From Leptogorgia sarmentosa (Eukaryota), in the NCBI GenBank assembly GCA_964658305.1, contig OZ210885.1, positions 9,734,001 through 9,798,000 on the forward strand: a DNA stretch of 64,000 nt, written 5' to 3'. Made by a program: the position numbers and the translations under genes. Of the stretch, positions 50,325-61,763 are shown one piece after another. The notes below the pieces were generated by a model. That model made no database searches, was not told the origin of the DNA, and saw only the letters and a list, made by a program, of their open reading frames with translations. The stretch's first letter is position 1. Every line of letters begins with the position of its first letter.

Positions 50325-53000
50325 TGAAATACGCATATAGTACACTGGAGGGCATAATAAACAACCACAAAAACTTCCGCGCTACAATAGAATTTACTTG
50401 CATGCTATCAGTTAATTTAATCTCAGTCTTGCATTAATTAACAATGATTGACGTTTTATGGTAGACGGAATCTATCAACTGTTACAGACTGAAATGTTGC
50501 CTATCCTATACTATAGTTTTTAATGAAACTTGTAAACAAACTTGCGTGAGGTATACACTGCTAGTATTGAAGTTTGCTTTCCTATGAATTTGAAGACTTC
50601 GTCACAACCTAATTAGTCAAGAACAGCAAATTTGCTAACAGCGCTACAGACTGAGCGTTGCTAAGTTGCAGTTATATCGCGGAAAACTGAAAGCAATAAA
50701 GGTCCACCTGTTGTTTGGTCCCTGGTTATTGCATGCTCAAGTCTGTATTGAATGAGCCCGAAGTGAGGATGGAGGCTGCTTTGTTTGGCAATGCTCAATT
50801 CAATTGATGATTTCAACAAATCGTGCCAAGTAGCGCTGTATGCATGACATGTCAGCGATTGAACACGCACCAGTCACATGTGTATGTTCACCATGATATA
50901 ACCACCCAAGAATCACTACAGATGAGATAGTTAATGAAAAGCTTTAAAGCATTTATTAAGTAATGATTCATGACCCAAGCTTTTATTAAAAGATCCAAAT
51001 CTTGTCTAGTTTTATCAGTATCTTGTCTGAATAAATCAAGTTTAATTTACAAACATGTACAAGCGCTCTTGCATGACAAATATCTTAGATAAACTAAGTG
51101 GTGATATGAGGAGTTTATGTGCAATACAAGGCTCACGAGATCACAGATAATTAAAAGTAAGAGCGACATAGAACACCCTCACATAACCTGAAACGATATT
51201 ACACGAATGGTAGAAGCGTAAAGGCATGTTTGTTTGTCATTGTGTTGCAACGTCATCAGATGGATATTGTGCTTTGAAAGGGAATCTGTAATATTGCATT
51301 TTGTAACGTTATTGTGCAAACTGGAAATTATATTTTCAAAAACATTTATTGGTACTCACCGAATGTTGAATTTGCAATGATTTTAAAAGGACAAACGCTT
51401 CTGTATTCAACCTCTACGACGTAAATACATGTCGTCACATCTCGAGAACGTTCCAGCAATTGTGTTTGCGGGTTTCACTTGAATAACGCTGGGTCGAAGA
51501 ACAATACAACAGGAAGACACTCATGTCACAAGTTGCGTGTGAGCGAAGAGCAGCAATGATTAGTTCAGGTTGAACAGAATTAGATTTAGAGATTATTCAA
51601 TTGTATATTGGCTGGATTTAATCTTTAGCTATTAATATTTAAAAGCGATGTCTGAACGACCAATACAAACTTGCCGTATGAAGTAAAATACCAAAATATG
51701 GTTCGTTTTTTATATGAGTTCGTAGCTGTAAAGAAACGCACAATACGACACAACTTGTGTTGTCAGTAAGTGAAATTGTTTTTACCCCTTCATGAATTTA
51801 AAATCATCTGGTTGCATTGTCCCTATTCTTGCGAAAAATAATTATCATATGAATGTAAAATTAATTAAAGACAGTTCGCATATGAAATTTCGCAAAGATT
51901 TAGTAATGTGTTAGGGAGGTAATGTGTTAGAGAGGGAAAGAGTTTTCTAGTGAGAATTTTAAAACGAAAGAAGCCCACAGTTCAAAAAAGTGTTTTAAAG
52001 AACCCCACAGTTCGGAAAAGTGTTTTGAAATAATTATTTTTAATATCTCCACTGCACGACAAATTGCTTTGGGTTCATTTCAATGTAATGAATTTTGTCG
52101 TACCGTGGTATTGAGATTCTGCCAAGGCCATTTACACCATAAGATTTGTATTATAGCGTCTGGAATGCATGCAGCAAACATGCGTGAATACAATGAAATG
52201 CCGTAGTAACGTAATCAACAGGTAATGAGACCTCACCACTCATTTCCATAAGTCAGAACACGAATCGTATAAGATATTCGCATCGTGTGGATGGAACTTT
52301 ATATAGGTTTACTTCAGTGTACTATTTTTTATACCATGATATTGATATTGCATATGTGTTATATGTTTTGGGACATTCGGTCCATATTGCACCATATACA
52401 AAAAATACGCATGTAGTACACTGGAGGGCATAATAAACAATCGCGAAAACGTCCGCTATAATACAATTTACTTGCATGCAGCATGCTATCAGTCGAAACT
52501 TTTACGGACTGAAATGTTGGCAATCATATACTATAGTTTTTTATGAAACTTGCAAACAAATTTGCGTGAGGTACGCACTGCTAGTATTGAAGTTTGACAT
52601 AGAACTACATAATAAGAGCGACATAGAACACCCTCGCATAACCTGAAACGATATTACACGAATGGCAGAAGCGTAAAGGCATGTTTGTTTGTCATTGTGT
52701 TGCAACGTCATCAGATGGATATTGTGCTTTGAAAAGAAATTTGTTATATGGGATTTTGTAACGTTGTTGTGCCAACTGGAAATAGTTTCAAAACTTTTAT
52801 TATAGTACTCACCAAATGTTAAATTCGCAAAGATGTTAAAAGGACAAAAGCTTCTGTATTAAACTTCTACGACGTAAATAAATGTCGTCACATATTGAGA
52901 ACGTTCCAGCTTTTGTGTTTGTGGGTTTCACTTGAATGGTGCTGGGTCAAAGAATAATATAAATCATATGTCACGAGTTGCGTGGGAGCAAGGAGCAGCA
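50325..53000. repeat. Local direct duplication: ~50325-50575 plus ~51158-51555 repeated at ~52403-53000
   Basis: Shared blocks tacactggagggcataataaacaa and taagagcgacatagaacaccctc...gtactcacc; ~580 bp is present only in the first copy. Confidence 0.85.
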
Positions 53001-54766
53001 TGTATTTACCATGCATCAGACATTGAATATGAGTGCGAATTAAAATCGACTCAGACTTGTATAGGGTGCCGGTTCCAAAAAAGTTTTCTTTATAGAAATC
53101 ACTCTTTTGTTGTTAATCTCGGGTTATAAATTCACTATAAGTTTAAATTCACTTCTGGCGAACAGCATCATAAATTCGTGTTGTTTAGCCTCATTTGCAC
53201 CAACAAGATTTATTTGGCAAGTTCCACTTTAACAATTTTTTCCTTCATTTATAGTTTTTAATGGACGTGAAACTGCAGAGACCTGTCCAAAGTTAATACA
53301 ACAAAGGTTGGATACAGACATAAAGAGCAGACCATCATGTGTTTGCTAAAGCTGCAATAACAACTCAACTGATAATACGTTAAGTATGGCGTAGCGTTCG
53401 CAGTAATTGCAACTGTCATTCAATAGAAACCTATCACTAGTCATGGCTAGCTGCTCTATATAGAATTGTAAGGTTAAAAATAAAATTGTAATCAGCAGGA
53501 ACCAAACCCGAGTTATTGTGGTAAATATCCAGTGAAGCAATAATAATTTTAATACACATTAATACACAGGCAGAAAGCTAAAAACATCATACACTACAGT
53601 CATGCTTTGTAGCGGGAAATTCTACATTTTTACACGTCTCTGCGACGCAATGATTGCAATTTTCAGGGCACCAGATTAACTTGTACATTTAATATATTAA
53701 TAGGGAGCTAGGGCAATCTTTCTAGTTTTAAAGTGCCCAGTTTAATTTACATGTACATGTGCCAAAATTAACAAAAACTTCAACAATATATGTCTACAGG
53801 TTTTACAGATCGAAAGGAAGTGGCGAAAGGAAAACAATTAAAATATTCCACAGAATCAAAACACTTCACTTATAAAAACTCTTTGATATCAATCACACTG
53901 ATGAATAAAGCAACTTTGTTATTTCACGAAGTTCGGTGCCAGCGAGATATTTGTTATCATTCTTTACAGAGAGTATATAAAATCGGCAGGATTATCGCTC
54001 AACGTTTGTATTTTCAACAATATATAACATAATCGATATCATTGAAAAGATTGGGCTACATTTGGTTTGGGATACAAAGATAAAGAAAGAGATTTAAAAG
54101 GTAATCTTGAAGCTACATTATATGCAGTTAAATTTGCAAGTCTGAGAAATCATCTGACCATGTCGGTATAATATCTATAATATTCGAACATTAATTGGCT
54201 TATAAGCTATTATTTGTGATTCTATATATTTGGTGAGTTTGCCATTTTGCAAGAGTAACAGTAAATGACAAAGATTTGTCATTCGCTTTGCAATTTTAGG
54301 CTTTAAGGTCTATTTTCCGCGTCGCACACTGTAAATGGGCATTCATTGGGTATGGTGCATTTAAGCAGTAATTCATAACTTTCAGAAGCTTAAATCAACG
54401 TAGTTCTGGTTTCATCCCAATCAGAACCTTTCCATAATTTTAATACGTCTACTGCCCAGAAGTCAAAATGTGATTGTTTAAGGTGTGAAAACATAACCAT
54501 TCGTCGCTTTGTGTCAAAGTATGTCAAAGTATTTGAATGATGTAATTATTGAATCTGACGAAATCAACACATAATATTATTACAACGAGAAATTTGGCCG
54601 TGGGGCTTCATTTCTCATTTCATGTGGGGCTCCATTTTTCATTTCAAAGTAGATGTTGATTTGGTGACCATGATTGTGCCAGCATTGTAACAAGAGGGGA
54701 TAACTACAGGCTATGTGTGAAACAAGGAAGGGGGGACCGGGAAAGGGGATCGTAAAGGGAATACAT

Positions 54767-55250
54767 GAATCTGTAAAAGCCGGAACCTGTAAAACCAGGA
54801 CCTGTAAAAGCCGGAGCCTGTAAAAGACGGAATCTTAAAACAAGGAATCTCTGAAGCCAGGAATCTGTAAAACCAGGAATTTGTAAAACTAGGAATCAGC
54901 AAAATCTAGAACCTAAAAAAACAGGAATCTATAAAACCAGGAATCTGTAAAATCAGAAATCTATAAAATCAGGAATCTTTAAACTCAGGAATCGGTAAAC
55001 CAGGAATCGGTAAAACCAGAAATCTATAAAATCAGGAATCTGTAAAATCAGGAATCTGTTAAAACAGGAATTTGTAAAACCAGAAATCTATAAAACCAGG
55101 AATCTGTAAAACCAGAAATCTATAAAACCAGGAATCTGTAAAATCAGGAATCTGTAAAATCAGTATTCTATAAAATCAGGAATCTGTAAATTTAGGAATC
55201 AAAACCAGGAATCTGTAAAATCAGGAGTCCTTTAAAAGCCGGCATCTGTA
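54767..55250. repeat. 16-bp tandem array (~30 copies), probably subterminal to a transposon starting near 54709
   Basis: Unit aaaaYcaggaatctgt, preceded by ggctatgtgtgaaacaagga. Confidence 0.85.
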
Positions 55251-56265
55251 GTAAAGCCAGTCGAACCGAGAGTCAATTCACCAATCAATTCATTTCATTT
55301 CAAAAATCCAGTGCACTTAGTGCATCTAATGCCAAAAAATCCGCTAGAAATCCGGTAAAATAAAAAAAACTTGTGCTTCGCCCAAAGAATGCTGTACAAG
55401 TCCAAAGTAATTCAGAAAAAATCAATAGGTTTAAAGACATCAACAAAAATTCATTTGCCGTGCAATGCTATAATCAAATTCATTTGACATCAGTTGTTTG
55501 TTTACATTATTTTTGTTACTGTTGCTGGCAAACAGCCAAAGCGAAATGAAAAAATATATAAAATTGCTGCTTTTTTATTCCACATGACAATCATAAAAGG
55601 TAGGTGATAGAAACATGGTTAAAATATACCGTTTACGACACCAAAATAGTTCGCCGAAAATGTTCGTACTAAAAAGTATTTCCAAAAATATAGAAGGGAA
55701 ATTAAATCAACTGGTGATCGCATTTTTTAAAAATTTAAATTTTAACTTAAGATAAACTGCAAGTTTCCGATATATATTTCAATTTTTTCCATTAAAACAG
55801 ACATACAAAAGAGATTTTTGAAGTTGTTTTGGCCAATGAAACGTTTTAACCTTCAGAAAGTCTATTTTGATTGAACACAAAAATCTAAAGATCGTTAGTA
55901 TTTTGAAATAATAAGAAGGCAGTCTTACATTTACAAAACGTAAACTTTCTTAAATTAAGCTGTTAACAGTTTAATGCGGCGCTAAACCAGCAATTCATAA
56001 AAATACGCAAAATTTTATATGCAAACAACACATACGCTTGTCCTGTATTTCAATCCATCCTCGTTTCTCCTGCCTTCTCTATCTTTGCGAGAACGTATGC
56101 GTGCATTCCAACGCCATTTCTAGCCATGACCTGATTGAGTGTTGTTAACGTTAGCATTGTCAGCATTACGCTTGGCCAGCCAATCACAGTTGGCTGGCCA
56201 TTCTCTCTAGTTATTTTCCAAGTTTTACCTGGGCTTAAAATAGTTTTATAACTCTTGTTTTGCAG

Positions 56266-57904
56266 CAAATATCAAATGTGTTTTGACGTTTCTTGAAGAA
56301 CCCTATAAGGTATTGAGAGAGGATATTGTGAGAGACATTGATCAAACGTTTGTCTCTGTATTGAAAAGTGAAATCTTAGAAAGGCCTACAACATTTGCAA
56401 AACCGTTGATTGCAATTGTAAAGGATGCCATCACCAAGGAAGATTTTGATGAATCCAAAATTGATGGATTATCGCTAGAAGTGATGGGTGGAAACCACCG
56501 CCGTGAGGCATTGTTGCAACTTAACAAAGAAGGAAAACTTAAAGAGCACCCATAATGTACGCAATGGTGCAGTTATATACAGGTTTGTCAGTTGCTTTGG
56601 GATGAATTAGGGTGTTTAGGAATTTTTAATCACAAGCAATGTATGCTTCCCTTTTCTTTCCAGAAATGCCTTCTAAAGATGCATTACGATTGGCACGGTT
56701 GTATAGCAGGGTAGATGCCTTGCACCACAACCTCAACACAGCTGATAAGGTGCCATTATGTATAATAAGTTGAAGAGGTGTACCATAACCTGTATACGTA
56801 ATGTTTGTTTGATCTTGCCGGAAAACAATCAACAGTGTAATTAAGTTTTAAAAAGATACCCTCTTGTTTATAACATAAATCATAATCTCCATATTGCAAC
56901 CAATTGCAAAATACAACATTATTTTACTCTAGATGTTACTGTGCCGAAAACTATTGGTGGAGCAATTTAATAAAGAAAAGTGCCCTGAATGGAGGAGTAT
57001 GTGTTCTGCCATTATTGGTGAATCAGTAAGTTTTTCTGGAATAATAATACCTTGAGAGTGAAAGTTATAGTATAAACTGGCATTTTTATTGCTATAGTGT
57101 GATAAAATAGGGGAGCAATACTCATATTGGTATTTACTTGATAGACGTCTACATTTGCAAATATTCTGTTTGTGTGTGCTGATGTCGGTGAGAAAGTTTT
57201 CCACATATTAGTGGAAATTGCCGTGAAATATCGGAAGATGGAATTGAAAAGGCAAAGAGCCACAAAGAAGGTATTGCAAAATATCAAATCCCAAGCTGAT
57301 TTTCCGTATCCAAAAATAAAATGCATGAGAGGGGATGTGACTGGGGAAGAGTTACTTGACATCAATTGGGTCAAGTGAATTCACGAGAGAAGTCTTTGGC
57401 AGACATGGAATCAGACCTAATTGGGATAAAGGAGATGCGTGCATTACAATGCTTCTTTGTCAAGCATTCCAAATGCACATCCTGGCAAGATGCACAAGAA
57501 AGGTACTGTGTGCTGATAGTTAGTGATATTAATTCTTGTGACATGGAAATTGATCAGACCCTCGGTAAGAGTTATCAATCGAGTACTTGGCTTGACTGAT
57601 AAATCTCCTATCTCATACAAAAATTATCAATCCTTCAATAATTGCTCCTTTTGTTTGTTATAGTTATCCGAAAATTACCAGTGAGGATAGCATCCAAGGT
57701 TTTAGAGGCGATGTAGTTCGTGGAAAGTGCTCTGAACGCTTCAAGTCCTACGTTCAGCGAGCTATGACATCTACAGAGACTACGTTTCAAGAGGCTGCCA
57801 CAGTGTTAACGACGGATTGCCTGTCTGAACTATGTCCATCTCTCCTTGATGAAAATATACCAGGATTCAAAGGGGCTGAAGTGGTGTTTCTTGATTTACC
57901 AAGG
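56266..57904 (+). pseudogene. Spliced ParB/Sulfiredoxin-like domain gene, frameshifted and 3'-truncated
   Basis: PLIAIV...LEVMGGNHRREAL motif; five exons with GT-AG introns; frameshifts near 56555 and 57365; ends VVFLDLPR|gt. Confidence 0.7.
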
Positions 57905-58155
57905 GTAATCTCTCTCGTGATGTCTGATTTCAAGGCTGACTTAACATTACTCATTGATTTCGCAATAAACATTTGAAACTGATCAGCATGCATGTTATAA
58001 TTGGGTTGCTGATATTGTCCCATATTTCCTAGTGACTTGTGTTTTGGACATATTGTATACAGTATTGCCAATGGATGCACCCGTGACATTCACTAGGTAT
58101 AATAACCGGGACGTAAGTGTATATTTAATTTGGCAGACTGTGTACAGTTGCCATG

Positions 58156-58575
58156 GATGCATCATGTCACTATCTAGTAAGTATGTCACAAATACACTGT
58201 GCATTTCGTTTGAGCGACTATCAAGATCTTGGTTGGCGTAGATGCATCCATGACATTCCCTGATTATAAGTATGTCACAAATACACTGTACATTTCGTTT
58301 GAGCGACTGTCAAGATCTCGGTTGGCTTAGATGCATCCATGACATTCCCAGATTATAAGTATGTCACAAATACACTGTGCATTTCTTTTGAGAGACTGTC
58401 AAGATCTTGGTTGGCGTAGATGCAGCCATAACATTCCCTGATTATAGGTATGTCACAAATACACTGTACATATCCTTTGAGCAACTATCAAGATCTTAGT
58501 TGGCGTTGATCGATGCATCCATGACATTCCCTGATTATAAGTATGTCACAAATACACTGTGCATTTCGTTTGAGT
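58156..58575. repeat. 89-bp tandem array, 4-5 copies
   Basis: aagtatgtcacaaatacactg recurs at 58179, 58268, 58357, ... Confidence 0.92.
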
Positions 58576-58898
58576 AACATTCAGTGCCAGTGACATACCA
58601 ACTAAGTATATCAATGACGCGTCCATGACATTCATTGTGCTTTTGACTGTATAATGCAGAAAACCTGCCATTGTTCTTAATCATCGTTTAAATCCGGGTG
58701 CTATAATGTAAATAATTTATTTCTGTGTGTTGGTATGGTAAATATGTACTGTTATTTCAATATATACCTCAACTTCTGATTGCATTAATAAAACTTTCTT
58801 CAATATATTTAAGAACGAACTTTCCTTCAGCCTCATTTAATTAACAATGTAAAGTTCAGATAGTAACGACCAAATTTAAGGCTTATAACATTTATTAC

Positions 58899-58936
58899 AA
58901 AACGACGTTTCGGAGTTTACTCCATCATCAGGTTTT
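58899..58936 (-). ncRNA. Minimal type I hammerhead ribozyme in the Penelope-like terminal repeat
   Basis: Minus strand aaaac-CUGAUGA-u-ggag-uaaa-cucc-GAAACGUC-guuuu: core boxes, stem I, stem II and vestigial stem III. Confidence 0.8.
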
Positions 58937-59109
58937 TACACAATTTAAAAACTACGAATATTAATTGCGACCGTTATATTGTCGCGCGCGCAAATTCGCG
59001 TAAGCATATAAAGGAATGTTCGAGTATATGGCGTAAAGAAGAATGTTAGATATGACGTGTCTGAGATTCTAATAGAACTACGAACTATTATTTGATATAT
59101 AATTCGTAT

Positions 59110-61572
59110 CTAAACGACGAAATCTAAAATACCTAATTGTTCGTATTTGCCATTCAAATCTGGCTTTAGTTTTTGGATGAAAAGCGCTTCAGTAATTTTT
59201 CGCTGTAAGGATCCTTTGGTTTTCTTTAAAACTTTAACTGGAAGATTCGGCTTTACTCTTGGGTGCTGATCGTTATAGTGCTTCGAGAATGCCATGTTTT
59301 GGTATGATTTGGCTGTAGGGTTTGATGCCGAGCGATAATGTTCTTGGAATCGGGTTACAAGGGGCCTACTTGTTTCACCAATATAGATTGCCTCACAAAG
59401 GTTACACGTCACCTGATAAACTGTGTCTTTCTGTGAGCACTGTACGGGGACGGATGAGGTTCGACAGACTAGGCACTTTTTGACATCCTTACAGGTCTTG
59501 TCATAAGGTCGCGATTCTACAAGGAGATTCTTTAGGGAGGCTTGCGGTTGTTGAACAATTCGAACGTTAAGATTTGAACGTTGCACAGCTCTTTTGATGT
59601 CATTGGTGAAGCTTCTTGATATGAATGGGATGGTGAGTGTTGTTTTTGATTCATCTTTGCGTCTTGCTTTCGTCGTTGCTTTCTTTCTTTTTAATGTTTG
59701 GATATATTCTCTGTTGTAACCATTTCGTATCGCTCGTTCTTCAAATGAAAGTTCAGCTTCTTTGAGCAAGGCGTCGTTAGAACATAAGGCTTCGTACGTT
59801 ATTATGTTGTTGACAATGGTCGCTCTCTTTATTTGTTCTGGGTGGTGGGATTTTGCATTTAACATCAAACCTTTGTTGGCTGGTTTAGTGTACCATCCTA
59901 TTTCAACTGTCCCCGAGTCGTTCACTTTTATTTTGGTGTTTAGGAATGGGAGGAAGCCGTCTTCGTTGGGTAATTCAATTTCAAATTGGACGGAGGGGTC
60001 TTGGGAGTTGAGCACGTTTTGAATCATGAAAGCCTCGTTGGGGCTGCTTGCAGGTGTTATACAATCATCAATGTAGCGGTAATAGAATGAAATGGACTGA
60101 TCGGAGTAGATGGCTTGATTTTCAATTCTATCCGTATATAATATAGCCAGTATTGGTGCTAACTGGTTTCCCATTGCTAAGCCACGTTGTTGTTGGAAAT
60201 ATGTTCCTCTCCAGGAGAAACAGTTGCTTTGGAAAATGGTTTTGGTTAGGAGGACTATGTCGGGGATAGAGAATTGAAACAGTTCGATGTTTTTCTTTTC
60301 TTTCTCCAAGTACATACGAAGGGTGTCGATAGCGGCATCGGTGTTTACACTGGGATATAGGGAAACTACATCTAAACTGAAAATGAACTTGTTCTTCAGT
60401 TCTCCATTCTGCATCTTACGTAGAATTTGTATTAGTTGTCCGGTGTTTTTAAGATGGGCTTTCACAAACTGTAGGAGAGGTGTGCATATCTTTTGAACAA
60501 GCCATGATATTTTATCAGCAGGACCACCACAACCAGAGATGACTGGTCTGACCTTGATACTTTGTGGATCGGATGTAGGGACGTTGTCAGGAAATTTGTG
60601 GGTTTTGGTTAGTAGATACAGGACGGGACATATGCTGTGGGTTGACTTTAGTCGATTGATGTGCCTTTCATTCACCCAATTCTTCTTTGCCACGTATTCC
60701 CATACTTCATTAATATCTTTCTCTGCTTTCCGAGTCAGATCATCACATGGTTGGTAGATGGATCCATTTTCTAGGTGTTTGCTTACTAGTTCGTCATCAA
60801 GGTTGCTCTTCATCACCACGAACTCACCACCTTTGTCACTCACGGATATTCGGACTTCACGAGACGTTTTAAGCTTTATCAATTCTGACAGGGTTTTCTT
60901 TTGGTTGCATGTAAGGTTAGTGGGAATGGGTTTTGATTTATACTTATTTATGACTTTCGAAATTTCATGTTTAAGGTGTTGTAAGGATAATTCAAGGTGT
61001 TGAAACTTGGTCTCGGGAGTTTGGCAGTATTTGTCAAAAGGACAGTGTTCAATAGTTTGTTCTATACACTTAGGTTGGGGATTTGTTGTAGGTGCAGGTG
61101 TAGGTGATTGTAGTTCGCTTGACTTTTGATCATGTATCTCTTTCCAGCGCAATCGATACGCGAGTTTAGCTAATTGTACGTTAATGTTTAACTCGGTTTG
61201 TTTGTTTATGGTTTTCATCGATGGAACAAACTTCGGTCCTAAATCAAGTAATTCTGCTGTGCCATCAGGAAGATCCGTAGGTGGAGCTAATAATGTAACT
61301 CTCGGTAGTGTTTTCTCTGTTTCGTTAATGGCAATGGGAGTGATACTTTGCGTTGCAATTGTGGACTGTTCATGAAGATTATCACACAAGAGAACTTGAA
61401 ACTTACGTATAAGATTTGACTTCGTCCTTTGCTTTAACCGCTCAAGGCATTTGGTTAAATGATCATCAATTATTCTTTTTACTTGGGAATCCAGTTTCGA
61501 TATTTCAGCTTTCTTCTTGAAGATTTGATTTCTCAGGAGATGTAATTCTTTGTGGTGATTATGAATAGTAAT
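59110..61572 (-). CDS. Penelope-like reverse transcriptase - GIY-YIG endonuclease (open frame, native start missing)
   Basis: SDKGG, SLDVVSLYPSV, GLAMG, RYIDD, LPFL, Cys-rich linker, VYQVTC...YIGET...RFQEH; frame stays open upstream of 61389 to 61572. Confidence 0.95.
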   Translation of the reverse strand: MTIHNHHKELHLLRNQIFKKKAEISKLDSQVKRIIDDHLTKCLERLKQRTKSNLIRKFQVLLCDNLHEQSTIATQSITPIAINETEKTLPRVTLLAPPTDLPDGTAELLDLGPKFVPSMKTINKQTELNINVQLAKLAYRLRWKEIHDQKSSELQSPTPAPTTNPQPKCIEQTIEHCPFDKYCQTPETKFQHLELSLQHLKHEISKVINKYKSKPIPTNLTCNQKKTLSELIKLKTSREVRISVSDKGGEFVVMKSNLDDELVSKHLENGSIYQPCDDLTRKAEKDINEVWEYVAKKNWVNERHINRLKSTHSICPVLYLLTKTHKFPDNVPTSDPQSIKVRPVISGCGGPADKISWLVQKICTPLLQFVKAHLKNTGQLIQILRKMQNGELKNKFIFSLDVVSLYPSVNTDAAIDTLRMYLEKEKKNIELFQFSIPDIVLLTKTIFQSNCFSWRGTYFQQQRGLAMGNQLAPILAILYTDRIENQAIYSDQSISFYYRYIDDCITPASSPNEAFMIQNVLNSQDPSVQFEIELPNEDGFLPFLNTKIKVNDSGTVEIGWYTKPANKGLMLNAKSHHPEQIKRATIVNNIITYEALCSNDALLKEAELSFEERAIRNGYNREYIQTLKRKKATTKARRKDESKTTLTIPFISRSFTNDIKRAVQRSNLNVRIVQQPQASLKNLLVESRPYDKTCKDVKKCLVCRTSSVPVQCSQKDTVYQVTCNLCEAIYIGETSRPLVTRFQEHYRSASNPTAKSYQNMAFSKHYNDQHPRVKPNLPVKVLKKTKGSLQRKITEALFIQKLKPDLNGKYEQLGILDFVV

Positions 61573-61763
61573 TTAATGTTTAATGTAATTTAATAATAAT
61601 TTAATGTAATTTAATGTTTTGTAATAAATGTTATAAGCCTTAAATTTGGTCGTTACTATCTGAACTTTAAATGAAGAATTGTTGTAATTTGGGTGAAAAT
61701 TCGCTGCTAGGTAAAATATCCATATTTTCTTTCATTACAATTTTAGAACTCGTTGGATTAACC

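Larger units (their letters stand above)
58850..61669 (-). mobile_element. Penelope-like retroelement, 5'-truncated, with inverted terminal copy
   Basis: RT plus GIY-YIG ORF; 54-bp terminal sequence 58850-58903 is repeated inverted at 61616-61669. Confidence 0.95.

Noticed and set aside
61671..61763. ATG 61671 as start of the transporter
   Set aside because: Abuts the Penelope end and precedes a splice acceptor at 61746; ATG 61764 is more plausible
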